DNA from: Clostridiales bacterium
GTDB taxonomy: Bacteria > Bacillota > Clostridia > Oscillospirales > Oscillospiraceae
Length of the DNA stretch: 64,000 bases
Assembly: GCA_019423635.1 (NCBI GenBank)
Contig: JAHZBA010000005.1
Location: 5,354 to 69,353, forward strand
Direction of reading: 5' to 3'
The notes beneath the pieces were generated by a model. It saw only the letters and a list, made by a program, of their open reading frames with translations. It did no database searches and had not been told where the DNA came from. Shown here one piece after another: positions 8,791 to 17,188 of the stretch; the first letter of the stretch is position 1; each line of letters starts with the position of its first letter. The translations under genes and the position numbers were made by a program.

Positions 8791-10593
8791 ATGCTCAAGA
8801 ACATGAAAATCAAGAAGAGCCTGATCCTGGGGTTCGGCACCACCATTCTGGTTTCGGCAATTATCATCATTGTCGCCCTGTTTATGTTGGTGTCCCAGAG
8901 CAATCGTTATCAGAAGATCCTCAATGAGGAAGTTCAGGCCACACAGCTGATTACAGAGTGCCGTCTGAATGCGAATATCGCCGCCCGTCTGGTCCGGAAT
9001 ATGGCTCTGACCCCCGGTGATTCCGGCAATGCCTCTTTGCAGAGCCGGGCGGAAGAGGTCCTGACCGAGATGAACGAGAAGATGAAGACGCTGGAAACGG
9101 TCTATCCGCTGGATGATAACGGGCTCACGGAATACTCTGCCGCGGTCACCGCGTGGGAAAATGAGCTGCCCGACATTATTACAGCCATCAACCGCGGCGA
9201 CGGGGAGCGGGCCATTGATCTGATCCGCAACCAGTGCACGCCTCAGCTGAATACCATGACGGAGATTGCCCAGAGGCTGGGCACGAATCTGGCTACGGAG
9301 CAGGCGCACGCCATTGAGGTGCAGCAAAAGAGCGTGGTCATTGCCACCATCATTGTGATTGTTGTGATGGTTGTTGCCACCATTCTGGTACTTATGATGA
9401 ACCTCGGCATCATCAAGAGCATTGTGCGTCCCGTGGAGCAGGTCCGCACGGCGCTGGTGGGCTTCAGTGAGGGCAACCTGGAGATCCCTGTGGACTATGA
9501 GAGCAAGAACGAGCTGGGCGATATGTGCCATGCCTTGCGTACCAGTCAGCACGTCCTCTCCGGGGTCATCGGCGATATCTGCCGGCTGCTGGAGGAGATG
9601 GGCAACGGCAACTTCGATGTCCGGAGTAAGGATACGACGATGTATGTGGGTGCCCTGGCGTCTGTGCTGACCTCCATCCGCGCCATCAACCACAACCTCA
9701 GCGATACCCTGGCCCAGATCACCCTGAGCGCCGAGCAGGTGGCTGCCGGTGCCGAGCAGGTGTCCACCGGTGCCCAGGCTCTGGCCCAGGGCGCGACCGA
9801 GCAGGCCAGCGCCGTGGAGGAGCTGTCCGCCACCATTGCCGAGATTTCCAGCAATTCCCAGAAGAACGCCCAGAACAGCGAGGCTGCGGCCGCTCACTCT
9901 CAGGACGCCGGCCAGAGCCTGAACGAGAGCTCCCAGTACATGGGACAGATGGTCTCCGCCATGGAGAAGATCTCCGAGTCCTCCTCCGAGATCGGCAAGA
10001 TCATTGATACCATCGAGAACATTGCCTTCCAGACCAACATCCTGGCGCTGAACGCCGCCGTGGAGGCTGCCCGGGCCGGCTCTGCCGGTAAGGGCTTCGC
10101 CGTGGTGGCTGATGAAGTGCGGAATCTGGCCTCCAAGTCCGATCAGGCCGCCAAGGCCACCAAGGACCTCATTGACCGTTCCATCAACTCCGTGAAGGAG
10201 GGCAGCGAGATTGTCAAGCGCGTGTCTGACTCTCTCCAGGCCACCAGTGAGCGTGCCGGCATGGTCGTGGCCGCTGTGGAGCAGATTACCAAGGCCGCCG
10301 AGGAGGAGTCTGAGGCCATCGCCCAGGTGACGGAGGGCATTGACCAGATCTCCAGCGTGGTGCAGACCAACTCCGCCACCAGCGAGGAGTCCGCTGCCGC
10401 CAGCGAGGAGCTCAGCAGCCAGGCCGCGCTCATCAAGGAACTGATGACCAGGTTCCGCCTGCGCAATACCGGCGATTCCTACAACGCATTGCCGGCCGCC
10501 GGTCCCTCTTACAGCAGCCCGGCTTCCGGATCTGATTCTGCCGACTATGACGCGGGCTACAGCGGCGGTTCCGTGGACTTCAGCAAGTACTAA
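8791..10593 (+). CDS. Methyl-accepting chemotaxis protein (2 TM, four-helix sensor, HAMP, C-terminal pentapeptide)
   Basis: [35 protein letters not shown] hairpin tip; two TM segments; flexible tail ending DFSKY. Confidence 0.97.
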   Translation: MLKNMKIKKSLILGFGTTILVSAIIIIVALFMLVSQSNRYQKILNEEVQATQLITECRLNANIAARLVRNMALTPGDSGNASLQSRAEEVLTEMNEKMKTLETVYPLDDNGLTEYSAAVTAWENELPDIITAINRGDGERAIDLIRNQCTPQLNTMTEIAQRLGTNLATEQAHAIEVQQKSVVIATIIVIVVMVVATILVLMMNLGIIKSIVRPVEQVRTALVGFSEGNLEIPVDYESKNELGDMCHALRTSQHVLSGVIGDICRLLEEMGNGNFDVRSKDTTMYVGALASVLTSIRAINHNLSDTLAQITLSAEQVAAGAEQVSTGAQALAQGATEQASAVEELSATIAEISSNSQKNAQNSEAAAAHSQDAGQSLNESSQYMGQMVSAMEKISESSSEIGKIIDTIENIAFQTNILALNAAVEAARAGSAGKGFAVVADEVRNLASKSDQAAKATKDLIDRSINSVKEGSEIVKRVSDSLQATSERAGMVVAAVEQITKAAEEESEAIAQVTEGIDQISSVVQTNSATSEESAAASEELSSQAALIKELMTRFRLRNTGDSYNALPAAGPSYSSPASGSDSADYDAGYSGGSVDFSKY

Positions 10594-10660
10594 TCCCTGA
10601 GACCGGAGAACTCATCGCAGGATGATGTTCTCCCTGCGACGGAAGATATTCCGCAGTCTG

Positions 10661-10712
10661 CCTGCCAGAAGGCGGTTTTAACACCACCTTCTGGCAGGTT
10701 TATCTTGTCTTT
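10661..10712 (+). terminator. Terminator/attenuator between MCP and FtsA-like genes
   Basis: cctgccagaagg...ccttctggcagg stem followed by tttatcttgtcttt. Confidence 0.55.
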
Positions 10713-10750
10713 GATGTCTTGAGTCCGGATCGGGCGGAAGGAGGGTAACC

Positions 10751-12733
10751 ATGGAGTACAAAGTGCAGGACAGCGACATGATCTATGCCCTGGACATCGG
10801 CACCCGCAGTGTGGTAGGCATTGTGGGCAGAGCCGATGGGGATCGTTTCCGGGTTCTGGATCTGGAGATGGCGGAGCATAGAAACCGGGCCATGGTGGAC
10901 GGTCAGATCGACAATATCCGCCAGGTGGCGGAGCTGGCCCGCACCGTGACAAGTCAGCTGGAGGAGCGGCTGGGCGTTCAGCTGTGCCGTGTCTGTGTGG
11001 CCGCCGCCGGGCGGGCCCTGCGGACCAAGAGCGGCACATTTTCCATGGAGATCAATGAGGAGGAGTCCCTGAACGCCGAGCAGATCAGCCGGCTGGAGGC
11101 CGGAGCGGTCTCCAATGCGGAGGAGATGCTCCAGAAGGAGGATGAGGAGGGGCGCCAGCAGTTTTTCCTGGTGGGCTATACCGTGGCCCAGTACCGTCTG
11201 GATAACTATCCGCTGACCACGCTGCAAAACCACAGCGGCCGTCAGGCGGAGGTGGACGTGGTGGCGACCTTCCTGCCCGGAGAGGTGGTGGAGAGTCTCT
11301 ACGCCTCCATGCGGGCGGCGGAGCTGCAGGTGGCCAGCATGACTCTGGAGCCCATTGCGGCCATGAACGCCGCCATTCCGGCGGAGCTGCGGCTTTTAAA
11401 TCTGGCGCTGGTGGATATCGGCGCGGGCACCACGGATATCGCCGTGTGCCGGGATGGCAGTGTGGTGGGCTATACCATGGCCACCATCGCCGGCGACGAG
11501 ATGACGGAGGCCATCATGCGGGCCTTCCTGGTGGATTTCGCCACGGCAGAGGAGATCAAGCGAAACCTGCAGGAGGAGGGTGAGGTGACCTACCGGGACA
11601 TCCTGGGGCTGGAAAACACCATCACCTGCCAGGAGGTGTTTGCCGTCATTCAGCAGCCCATGGACCGGCTGGCGGAGGCCATTGCCGAGCAGGTGACCCA
11701 GCTCAACAGCGGCGCGCCCTCGGCGGTGTTCCTGGCCGGCGGAGGCAGCAAGCTCAGCGGTCTGCGGGAGAAGGTGGCGGCCCACCTGAAAATGGATCTT
11801 CGCCGGGTGGCCATTGCCGGCAACAACTTTGCCAAGAGCGCCTTTTCCGACAGCGTGAATCTGGAGAATCCGGAGTATGCCACCCCTCTGGGCATTGCGG
11901 TCTCCGCGGGGCTCAGCCTGTTGAACGACAGCTATGTGGTCACCCTCAACGGGGAGAATGCCAAGCTCTTCCGCAGCGGTGTTTTGACCCTGCGGGATAT
12001 CCTGCTGATGAATGGCTACACCTATGCCGACATGCTGGGCCGCTCCGGAAAGAGCCTGAATCTCACCCTGGACGGCAAGCATCTGCTGCTGCGGGGTGAG
12101 CCCTTCACCCCTGCGATTTTGAAGGTGAACGAGGAAGACGCCGCATTGACCACCCTGGTTCGGGCCGGAGACCGGATCGTGTTCACACCGGCACGCCCCG
12201 GAAAGGATGCGGAAGCCTGTCTGGGAGAGGTGTTGGGCAGCGGCTTCTCCGGCCGGGTTCTGGTGAATAACCGGGAGGTCCCCTTAACCACACCCCTGTG
12301 TCAGGGCGACGTGATTCTGACGCTGGACGGTACGCCGCGCCCCACGGTGCCGGAGGCCCCCGCACAGCCCCGGGAGACCCCGGAGGCCCCGGTGGAACGG
12401 GAGCGGGTGGCGCCGCGGCCGGAAGCGGAGGAATTGAGACCGGCGGCGCAGGCACCTGCAAAGACCCAGGCGCCCCCGCAGCCGGCTGCGCAGGAACCGC
12501 GTCCGCCGGCACCGGCAGGCGGCAGGCGGCTGGAGGTGATGCTCAATGGCAAGCCTCTGGTGCTGTCCGGCAAGGAGAGCGGTCTGCCCTATTACCTGAT
12601 GGATCTGCTGCAGTACTCCGGCCTGGACTTCGACCGGCTGGAGCGGCCTGTCCGGATTGAGGTCAATGGTGTGGAGTGCGGCTTCCGGCAGCTGTTGAAG
12701 AACCACGATACAGTGACCATTCGCTGTGAGTAA
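10751..12733 (+). CDS. FtsA/PilM-like actin-fold ATPase with C-terminal ThiS/ubiquitin-like repeats
   Basis: ALDIGTRSV, EPIAA, VDIGAGTTD, LAGGGS, TPLGIA actin-fold motifs; C-terminal VN...L...L..GD.I repeats. Confidence 0.85.
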   Translation: MEYKVQDSDMIYALDIGTRSVVGIVGRADGDRFRVLDLEMAEHRNRAMVDGQIDNIRQVAELARTVTSQLEERLGVQLCRVCVAAAGRALRTKSGTFSMEINEEESLNAEQISRLEAGAVSNAEEMLQKEDEEGRQQFFLVGYTVAQYRLDNYPLTTLQNHSGRQAEVDVVATFLPGEVVESLYASMRAAELQVASMTLEPIAAMNAAIPAELRLLNLALVDIGAGTTDIAVCRDGSVVGYTMATIAGDEMTEAIMRAFLVDFATAEEIKRNLQEEGEVTYRDILGLENTITCQEVFAVIQQPMDRLAEAIAEQVTQLNSGAPSAVFLAGGGSKLSGLREKVAAHLKMDLRRVAIAGNNFAKSAFSDSVNLENPEYATPLGIAVSAGLSLLNDSYVVTLNGENAKLFRSGVLTLRDILLMNGYTYADMLGRSGKSLNLTLDGKHLLLRGEPFTPAILKVNEEDAALTTLVRAGDRIVFTPARPGKDAEACLGEVLGSGFSGRVLVNNREVPLTTPLCQGDVILTLDGTPRPTVPEAPAQPRETPEAPVERERVAPRPEAEELRPAAQAPAKTQAPPQPAAQEPRPPAPAGGRRLEVMLNGKPLVLSGKESGLPYYLMDLLQYSGLDFDRLERPVRIEVNGVECGFRQLLKNHDTVTIRCE

Positions 12734-12748
12734 AATGAGGTGTGAGCG

Positions 12749-13642
12749 ATGTTGAAGGGTAAGAAAAAGAAGAAAAAGAACGTCGAAGAGGTCGACGAGG
12801 AACAGCTGGAGGAAACCGGAAAAAAGGGGAAAAAGAAGAAAAAGGGGAAAAAGAAGATCCTTCTGCTGCTTCCCATTGTTCTGGTGCTGGCCGGTGCAGC
12901 CGTGTTTTTCCTGCGTGGCCGGGGCGGCGGAGAGTCCGAGGAGAAGGTGAAGGATGACACCGTGGACCCGCCGCAGGTCTATCCCCTGGGAGATGGCGAG
13001 ATCATGGCCCTGCCGGTCCTCAGCGCGGAGGTCATCGTGCACCAGCCGGAGGTACCGGAGCCCGCGGAGGGCGAGGAGGCCATCACGGCGGTGACCTACC
13101 TCTACGAGGGCTTCACGGATGCCCGGGGCCTGCTGGCGGGCTATGCGGGGCTGCTGACCGCGGCGGATGTGGGGTTTTCCTACGTGGATGAAGAGCTGAC
13201 CCGCAGTGAGGCGCCGGACTTTCAAGAGGAGAGCGGCACCGCCCTTTTGGCCAAGGCGGGCACGGAGGAGAATACGGTCCACACCATCCAGCTGGACTGG
13301 AATCCGGAGCAGCAGGGCACCGTGGTCATCGACACGGTAGAGGGCAGAATTCGGGAGCCCAGAGCGGAGACCATGACCCTGGTCGAGGCAGAGGACTATA
13401 TGCGGGCCATGAATCCGGCGGACCTTGGCCTGGAGGGCGAGACCATGGCGGGGTACCGGATCTACCCGCTGGCCGGGTCGGTGCTGGTGGACGGCCGTCC
13501 CTGCCTCCACATGAGTGTCTACAGTGTGGATGAGACGGCCGGCACCAACGAGATTGCCGGTGAGTTCTTCATTGCCTCCGACAAGAGCCACATTTACAGG
13601 CGCGACAGCATCAATGGACGGGTGTACGAAGTTGGGGGCTGA
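12749..13642 (+). CDS. Hypothetical single-pass membrane protein (Lys-rich cytoplasmic N-terminus, acidic exterior domain)
   Basis: Poly-Lys N-terminus, TM ILLLLPIVLVLAGAAVFFL, RBS GAGGTG, typical codon usage. Confidence 0.75.
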   Translation: MLKGKKKKKKNVEEVDEEQLEETGKKGKKKKKGKKKILLLLPIVLVLAGAAVFFLRGRGGGESEEKVKDDTVDPPQVYPLGDGEIMALPVLSAEVIVHQPEVPEPAEGEEAITAVTYLYEGFTDARGLLAGYAGLLTAADVGFSYVDEELTRSEAPDFQEESGTALLAKAGTEENTVHTIQLDWNPEQQGTVVIDTVEGRIREPRAETMTLVEAEDYMRAMNPADLGLEGETMAGYRIYPLAGSVLVDGRPCLHMSVYSVDETAGTNEIAGEFFIASDKSHIYRRDSINGRVYEVGG

Positions 13643-14979
13643 GCCGGCGTCAGCCGGGGCTCCGCCCGGGTCCCTGTGAGTCGCAGAGGGGTCTGAGGGG
13701 CCATGCGGGAGGAGAACAGGGGCGCCAGGATACTCTCCAGCACACAGGCCGCAGAGCGGGCGGAGAGGGCCTCCCGGCCGGGCGTCAGAGCCCGGACCAG
13801 GGCGGGGTCTACCGCTGTGATCTGGAGGCCGTATTCCCGCCCCAGGCTTTGAATCTGCTTGACGGTAATGGCCAGCCGGGCCTCGTCATCCAGAGGATGA
13901 AACCCGATCAGACCGCTGAACCGGCCTGCGATCTCCGGCAGGACGCCCAGGCGGACCATGGCCTGCCGGGCCGTCTCGTTGGCATCAAACAGCCGCTGGG
14001 CCAGTTCTGCTGGTCCGGCGGCTGGTTTTTGTGGAGCGGTCTCGGTGGGAACCGCCTCGCAGAAGCCCAGCTGAGGGCTGCTTTTCGCCCGCAGGTCCGC
14101 GTTGGTGGTGAACAGGAAGATACACTGGCGGAAGTCCAGCTCCCGTTTGCCCTGGTCGTCCGCCCGGTGAGCGGTGCAGCGCCCTTCGTCCAGGATGGAC
14201 ATGAAGACCTTCAGCACCTCCGGATGGGCTTTTTCCAGCTCGTCAAACATGAACACAGTCCGGGCCTCCCGCCGCACGGCGTCGAAGATAGGCGGGTCCT
14301 CGTAGCCCACATAGCCTGGCGGCGCGCCGGTGAGCCGGTGGACAGAGTGGGGCTGTGTGAAGGTGTTCAGCTCCGTCCACACGAACTGGTAAGACTGCCC
14401 GCAGCAGCGGCGCAGGGCCGGAGCGACGGCCTTTCCCAGCTCGGATTTCCCCACACCGGTGGGTCCGTAGAAGATCAGCGACAGCGGCCGGGCCGGAGTC
14501 TGTTTTCCCACATGGGTGTACAGCCGGAAAGCGGCGGCCTCCACGGCCTCGGCCTGTCCCAGCACCTGCTCCGACAGGGTCTGCCGCAGGCGCAGATAGA
14601 GAGCCGGCCACACGCTGCTCTTCTCCGGCGGCGGAGGCGGGGGCGCTGCCGGAGCGGCCTTTGGGCGGCTCAGGGCCGGCCCCAGGGCATGGAGCCAGCG
14701 GGTCAGGTCCTCAAAGCGGTCAAAGCGCCAGGCACTGCGGGCAAAGAGGAGCTTCAGCACGGGACTTTGCCCGCGGTACTCCACGGCCGGATGCCAGTAG
14801 ACCAGATATCCCCCCTCCCGGCGGCAGAAGCCCACCGTCACATAGCCGGGGCAGCAGCCCTCGGGCAGGCGGCAGGCGGGCACCTCATAGCTGCGGCCCT
14901 GGGCGGCGCAGAGCGCCACCTTTTGCCCCAGGGAGTCGTATTCCGCCGGAGTGGCGGTGCAAAGCTGTGAAAAATCCAT
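13594..14979 (-). CDS. Stand-alone ClpA/ClpB-D2-like AAA+ ATPase
   Basis: VLGQAEAV, Walker A GPTGVGKSE, pore loop GAPPGYVGY, Walker B FDELEKAHPEV; RBS GGAGG before ATG 14979. Confidence 0.85.
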   Translation of the reverse strand: MDFSQLCTATPAEYDSLGQKVALCAAQGRSYEVPACRLPEGCCPGYVTVGFCRREGGYLVYWHPAVEYRGQSPVLKLLFARSAWRFDRFEDLTRWLHALGPALSRPKAAPAAPPPPPPEKSSVWPALYLRLRQTLSEQVLGQAEAVEAAAFRLYTHVGKQTPARPLSLIFYGPTGVGKSELGKAVAPALRRCCGQSYQFVWTELNTFTQPHSVHRLTGAPPGYVGYEDPPIFDAVRREARTVFMFDELEKAHPEVLKVFMSILDEGRCTAHRADDQGKRELDFRQCIFLFTTNADLRAKSSPQLGFCEAVPTETAPQKPAAGPAELAQRLFDANETARQAMVRLGVLPEIAGRFSGLIGFHPLDDEARLAITVKQIQSLGREYGLQITAVDPALVRALTPGREALSARSAACVLESILAPLFSSRMAPQTPLRLTGTRAEPRLTPAQPPTSYTRPLMLSRL

Positions 14980-15123
14980 AAAAAACCTCCTGATCCCCCG
15001 TGATGGCATCAGGAGTATGATTTCCAAAAATTTCTGATTTCAAGCCCGCCGGCCGCCCTTTCTTTTCATGGAAACGCCGTACTATTTTCAAACATGGCCA
15101 AGGCGCCGGGATGGAGAGATGAT

Positions 15124-15435
15124 ATGATTTTTAAATGCGACGAGTTGAGAGAGGCCGTACAGGAGGATTTCGAGCGGTTTCTTCAAATGGGATTTGACGA
15201 GAGCCAGATCCTCCCGGCCGTTTTGTGCGAGTATGAGCATGGCGAGGGCTTTTGCCGGGAGGAGAACCTGCTGATCCACATCTTTCTGGCCCAAAACTAT
15301 GAAAGACGGGGGCTTGCAGCCCACGGCATCGTCGAAAAGCTCCGGCAGATGCTGGCAGAGGAGACCGGGACGCGGCAACTCCTGGATGGGGAAGCGGCAA
15401 AGTCCCTTGCGGAGCTGCTTGCGAGAGATCCTTGA
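15124..15435 (+). CDS. Small acidic helical hypothetical protein (possibly Imm3-like)
   Basis: ORF with GGAG RBS ending at a shared terminator; loose resemblance to Imm3 immunity proteins. Confidence 0.55.
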   Translation: MIFKCDELREAVQEDFERFLQMGFDESQILPAVLCEYEHGEGFCREENLLIHIFLAQNYERRGLAAHGIVEKLRQMLAEETGTRQLLDGEAAKSLAELLARDP

Positions 15436-15443
15436 CGCAGCTG

Positions 15444-15480
15444 AAAAAGAGCCGCCCGGCATTCCTGCCGGGCGGCTCTC
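15444..15480. terminator. Terminator between convergent genes
   Basis: gagccgcccggca-ttcc-tgccgggcggctc hairpin with a left A-run. Confidence 0.75.
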
Positions 15481-15482
15481 CC

Positions 15483-15659
15483 TCATGCGTAGGTGTCAAT
15501 GTACTGACCCATCCCCTCAGTAGCGGGGAGCATCCTCAAAAGCTCCTGTGCAGCCAGCTCCTGGCTGTCCATGACTTTTTTCGTCATAGCCATGGAGTAA
15601 TTCACAGAGAACTGCGCCGCGCTCATTTCCATGGCGGCGGAGGCGATTGCGTCCAACAT
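15483..15659 (-). CDS. YjfB-family putative motility protein (58 aa, absent from ORF track)
   Basis: Hand translation MLDAIASAAMEMSAAQFSVNYSMAMTKKVMDSQELAAQELLRMLPATEGMGQYIDTYA; RBS AAGAAGG; starts 4 nt after the csrA stop. Confidence 0.85.
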   Translation of the reverse strand: MLDAIASAAMEMSAAQFSVNYSMAMTKKVMDSQELAAQELLRMLPATEGMGQYIDTYA

Positions 15660-15663
15660 CGTA

Positions 15664-15930
15664 CTAACCTTCTTTCATGGGTTTTTGAGAAGAGGGCCGC
15701 TGTTCCAAAACCTCGTCCAACAGCCCTAACAGCTCCAGAGGAGCCGCTTCCTCCTGTGCAGAGTCCTGGTTGGCAGCGGTGGCGGTGACCAGCTCGCTGC
15801 GGAGAATCGAGACATCCGACGGCGCGGAAATGGCCAAACGAACCCGCCCGCCTTCAATGGAGACGACGGAGATGGAGATATTCTCCCCAATCAGCAGGGA
15901 TTCACCGGCTTTGCGCTGCAAAATCAGCAT
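15664..15930 (-). CDS. csrA: Carbon storage regulator CsrA
   Basis: MLILQRKAGESLLIG..VRLAISAP..V.ILRSE. Confidence 0.95.
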   Translation of the reverse strand: MLILQRKAGESLLIGENISISVVSIEGGRVRLAISAPSDVSILRSELVTATAANQDSAQEEAAPLELLGLLDEVLEQRPSSQKPMKEG

Positions 15931-16379
15931 GACGCGGCCTCCTCACTGTGGCTGAATTCAGACAGGAGGTGGCGCATTTCGTAGCCGCCGGACTCCAGGA
16001 TGACCTGATGGGCCTGCCGGGTGTCCGGGTGAATGACAATGGGGCAACGCAGATTGACGGTGCTGTTGGAGACCGGATTCTTCACCGCGCAGAGCACATA
16101 GTAACACAGCTCCTGGCTGCTCTCCACACCAAAACTTTTCAGTTCACTGCTCTGCAGCTCCGGCGCATAGCCCGGGTCCAGCGTGAAGGGGTCCAGCGCC
16201 ACAAAGGCCAGCATCGGCGTCGTGGTACTCTGCATGCAGAGCATACTGCCGTGGCCGCCCTCAAAGGGCAGCAGCAAAAACTCATGCTCGCCGTCAAAAC
16301 CGAAAAGGCCTGCCGGAAAGTGAATCAGCTCCGAAGGCTCATAGTCGATTTCCCCAAAATACTTTGTCTGGAGTTTCAA
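15924..16379 (-). CDS. fliW: Flagellar assembly factor FliW
   Basis: TKYFGEI..I.FP.GL.GF, LAF...DPF, TVNL..PIVI; adjacent to csrA. Confidence 0.95.
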   Translation of the reverse strand: MKLQTKYFGEIDYEPSELIHFPAGLFGFDGEHEFLLLPFEGGHGSMLCMQSTTTPMLAFVALDPFTLDPGYAPELQSSELKSFGVESSQELCYYVLCAVKNPVSNSTVNLRCPIVIHPDTRQAHQVILESGGYEMRHLLSEFSHSEEAASC

Positions 16380-16392
16380 AGCAGTCCTCCTG

Positions 16393-17001
16393 TCAGGCCT
16401 TTACGTCCACAGGTTCATAGTTGGGATCAGCGGAGGGAGGAACATACAGCGGACCGCCGATATATTTGATGATCACGTCAGGCTGCTGCGTGACGGAAAT
16501 CTCAATATCACCAGGAGTGAACTTGAACTCGTTGGAGCTCAGACGCCAGTCAAAATTCAGCTTATCCATCTCAAACTTGATGTTCAGCTCTCCGGCGTCC
16601 CAGCTGATCTCCGGTCCCACCTCGGGCAGGAACTTCAGGCCCGGCTGGGAATTCATGTCCGGACTGAGGGCGGTTGCGGAATACTGTGCCATGACATCCT
16701 CCCCGATCTTTGCCTTCAATAACAACTCCCCCTGCTGCGCATAAGTGGCAGTGGCCTCATAGGCCGCCTGGCGGCCCTTTTGTGCGTGCTGTTCAATGCT
16801 GGTTGCCGGAGAGGGGACAATGGAATTGCGCATCTCAAAGGTGTCCACCTTCAACCGGATGGGGCGGCTTTTGATATTCAGGCCCCCACTGTCACGACTG
16901 ATCTCCAGGTCCGCTGAAGCACGGGTGTACTCCAGCTTGGCAGGGGACATCTTCATCTCAATCTCAATGGGGACACTCTTAATTTCAATCAGTTGTGTCA
17001 T
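16393..17001 (-). CDS. DUF6470 / YviE-like protein
   Basis: Between flgL and fliW; C-terminal Q.PDV.IKYIGGPLYVPPSADP. Confidence 0.75.
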   Translation of the reverse strand: MTQLIEIKSVPIEIEMKMSPAKLEYTRASADLEISRDSGGLNIKSRPIRLKVDTFEMRNSIVPSPATSIEQHAQKGRQAAYEATATYAQQGELLLKAKIGEDVMAQYSATALSPDMNSQPGLKFLPEVGPEISWDAGELNIKFEMDKLNFDWRLSSNEFKFTPGDIEISVTQQPDVIIKYIGGPLYVPPSADPNYEPVDVKA

Positions 17002-17188
17002 AAATCCGATTCACGCTCCTTCCTGAATTCGCACGGGCTGAGAACTGGTATTCATCACCGGGAGATGCCGGATGAACGGTGTTTTTCCCGTCAGACAGGA
17101 GGTTGACGACGTCCGACGGAGGAGGGAGGCACCGTTTGCCGGGAAAAAGACCGGTCATCCGGCGTTCAGCAGATGTGAATACCGGCTT

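Noticed and set aside
12761..12856. Phase-variable A-tracts in the Lys-rich N-terminus
   Set aside because: The runs are short, interrupted by G, and explained by Lys codons; the frame is intact.
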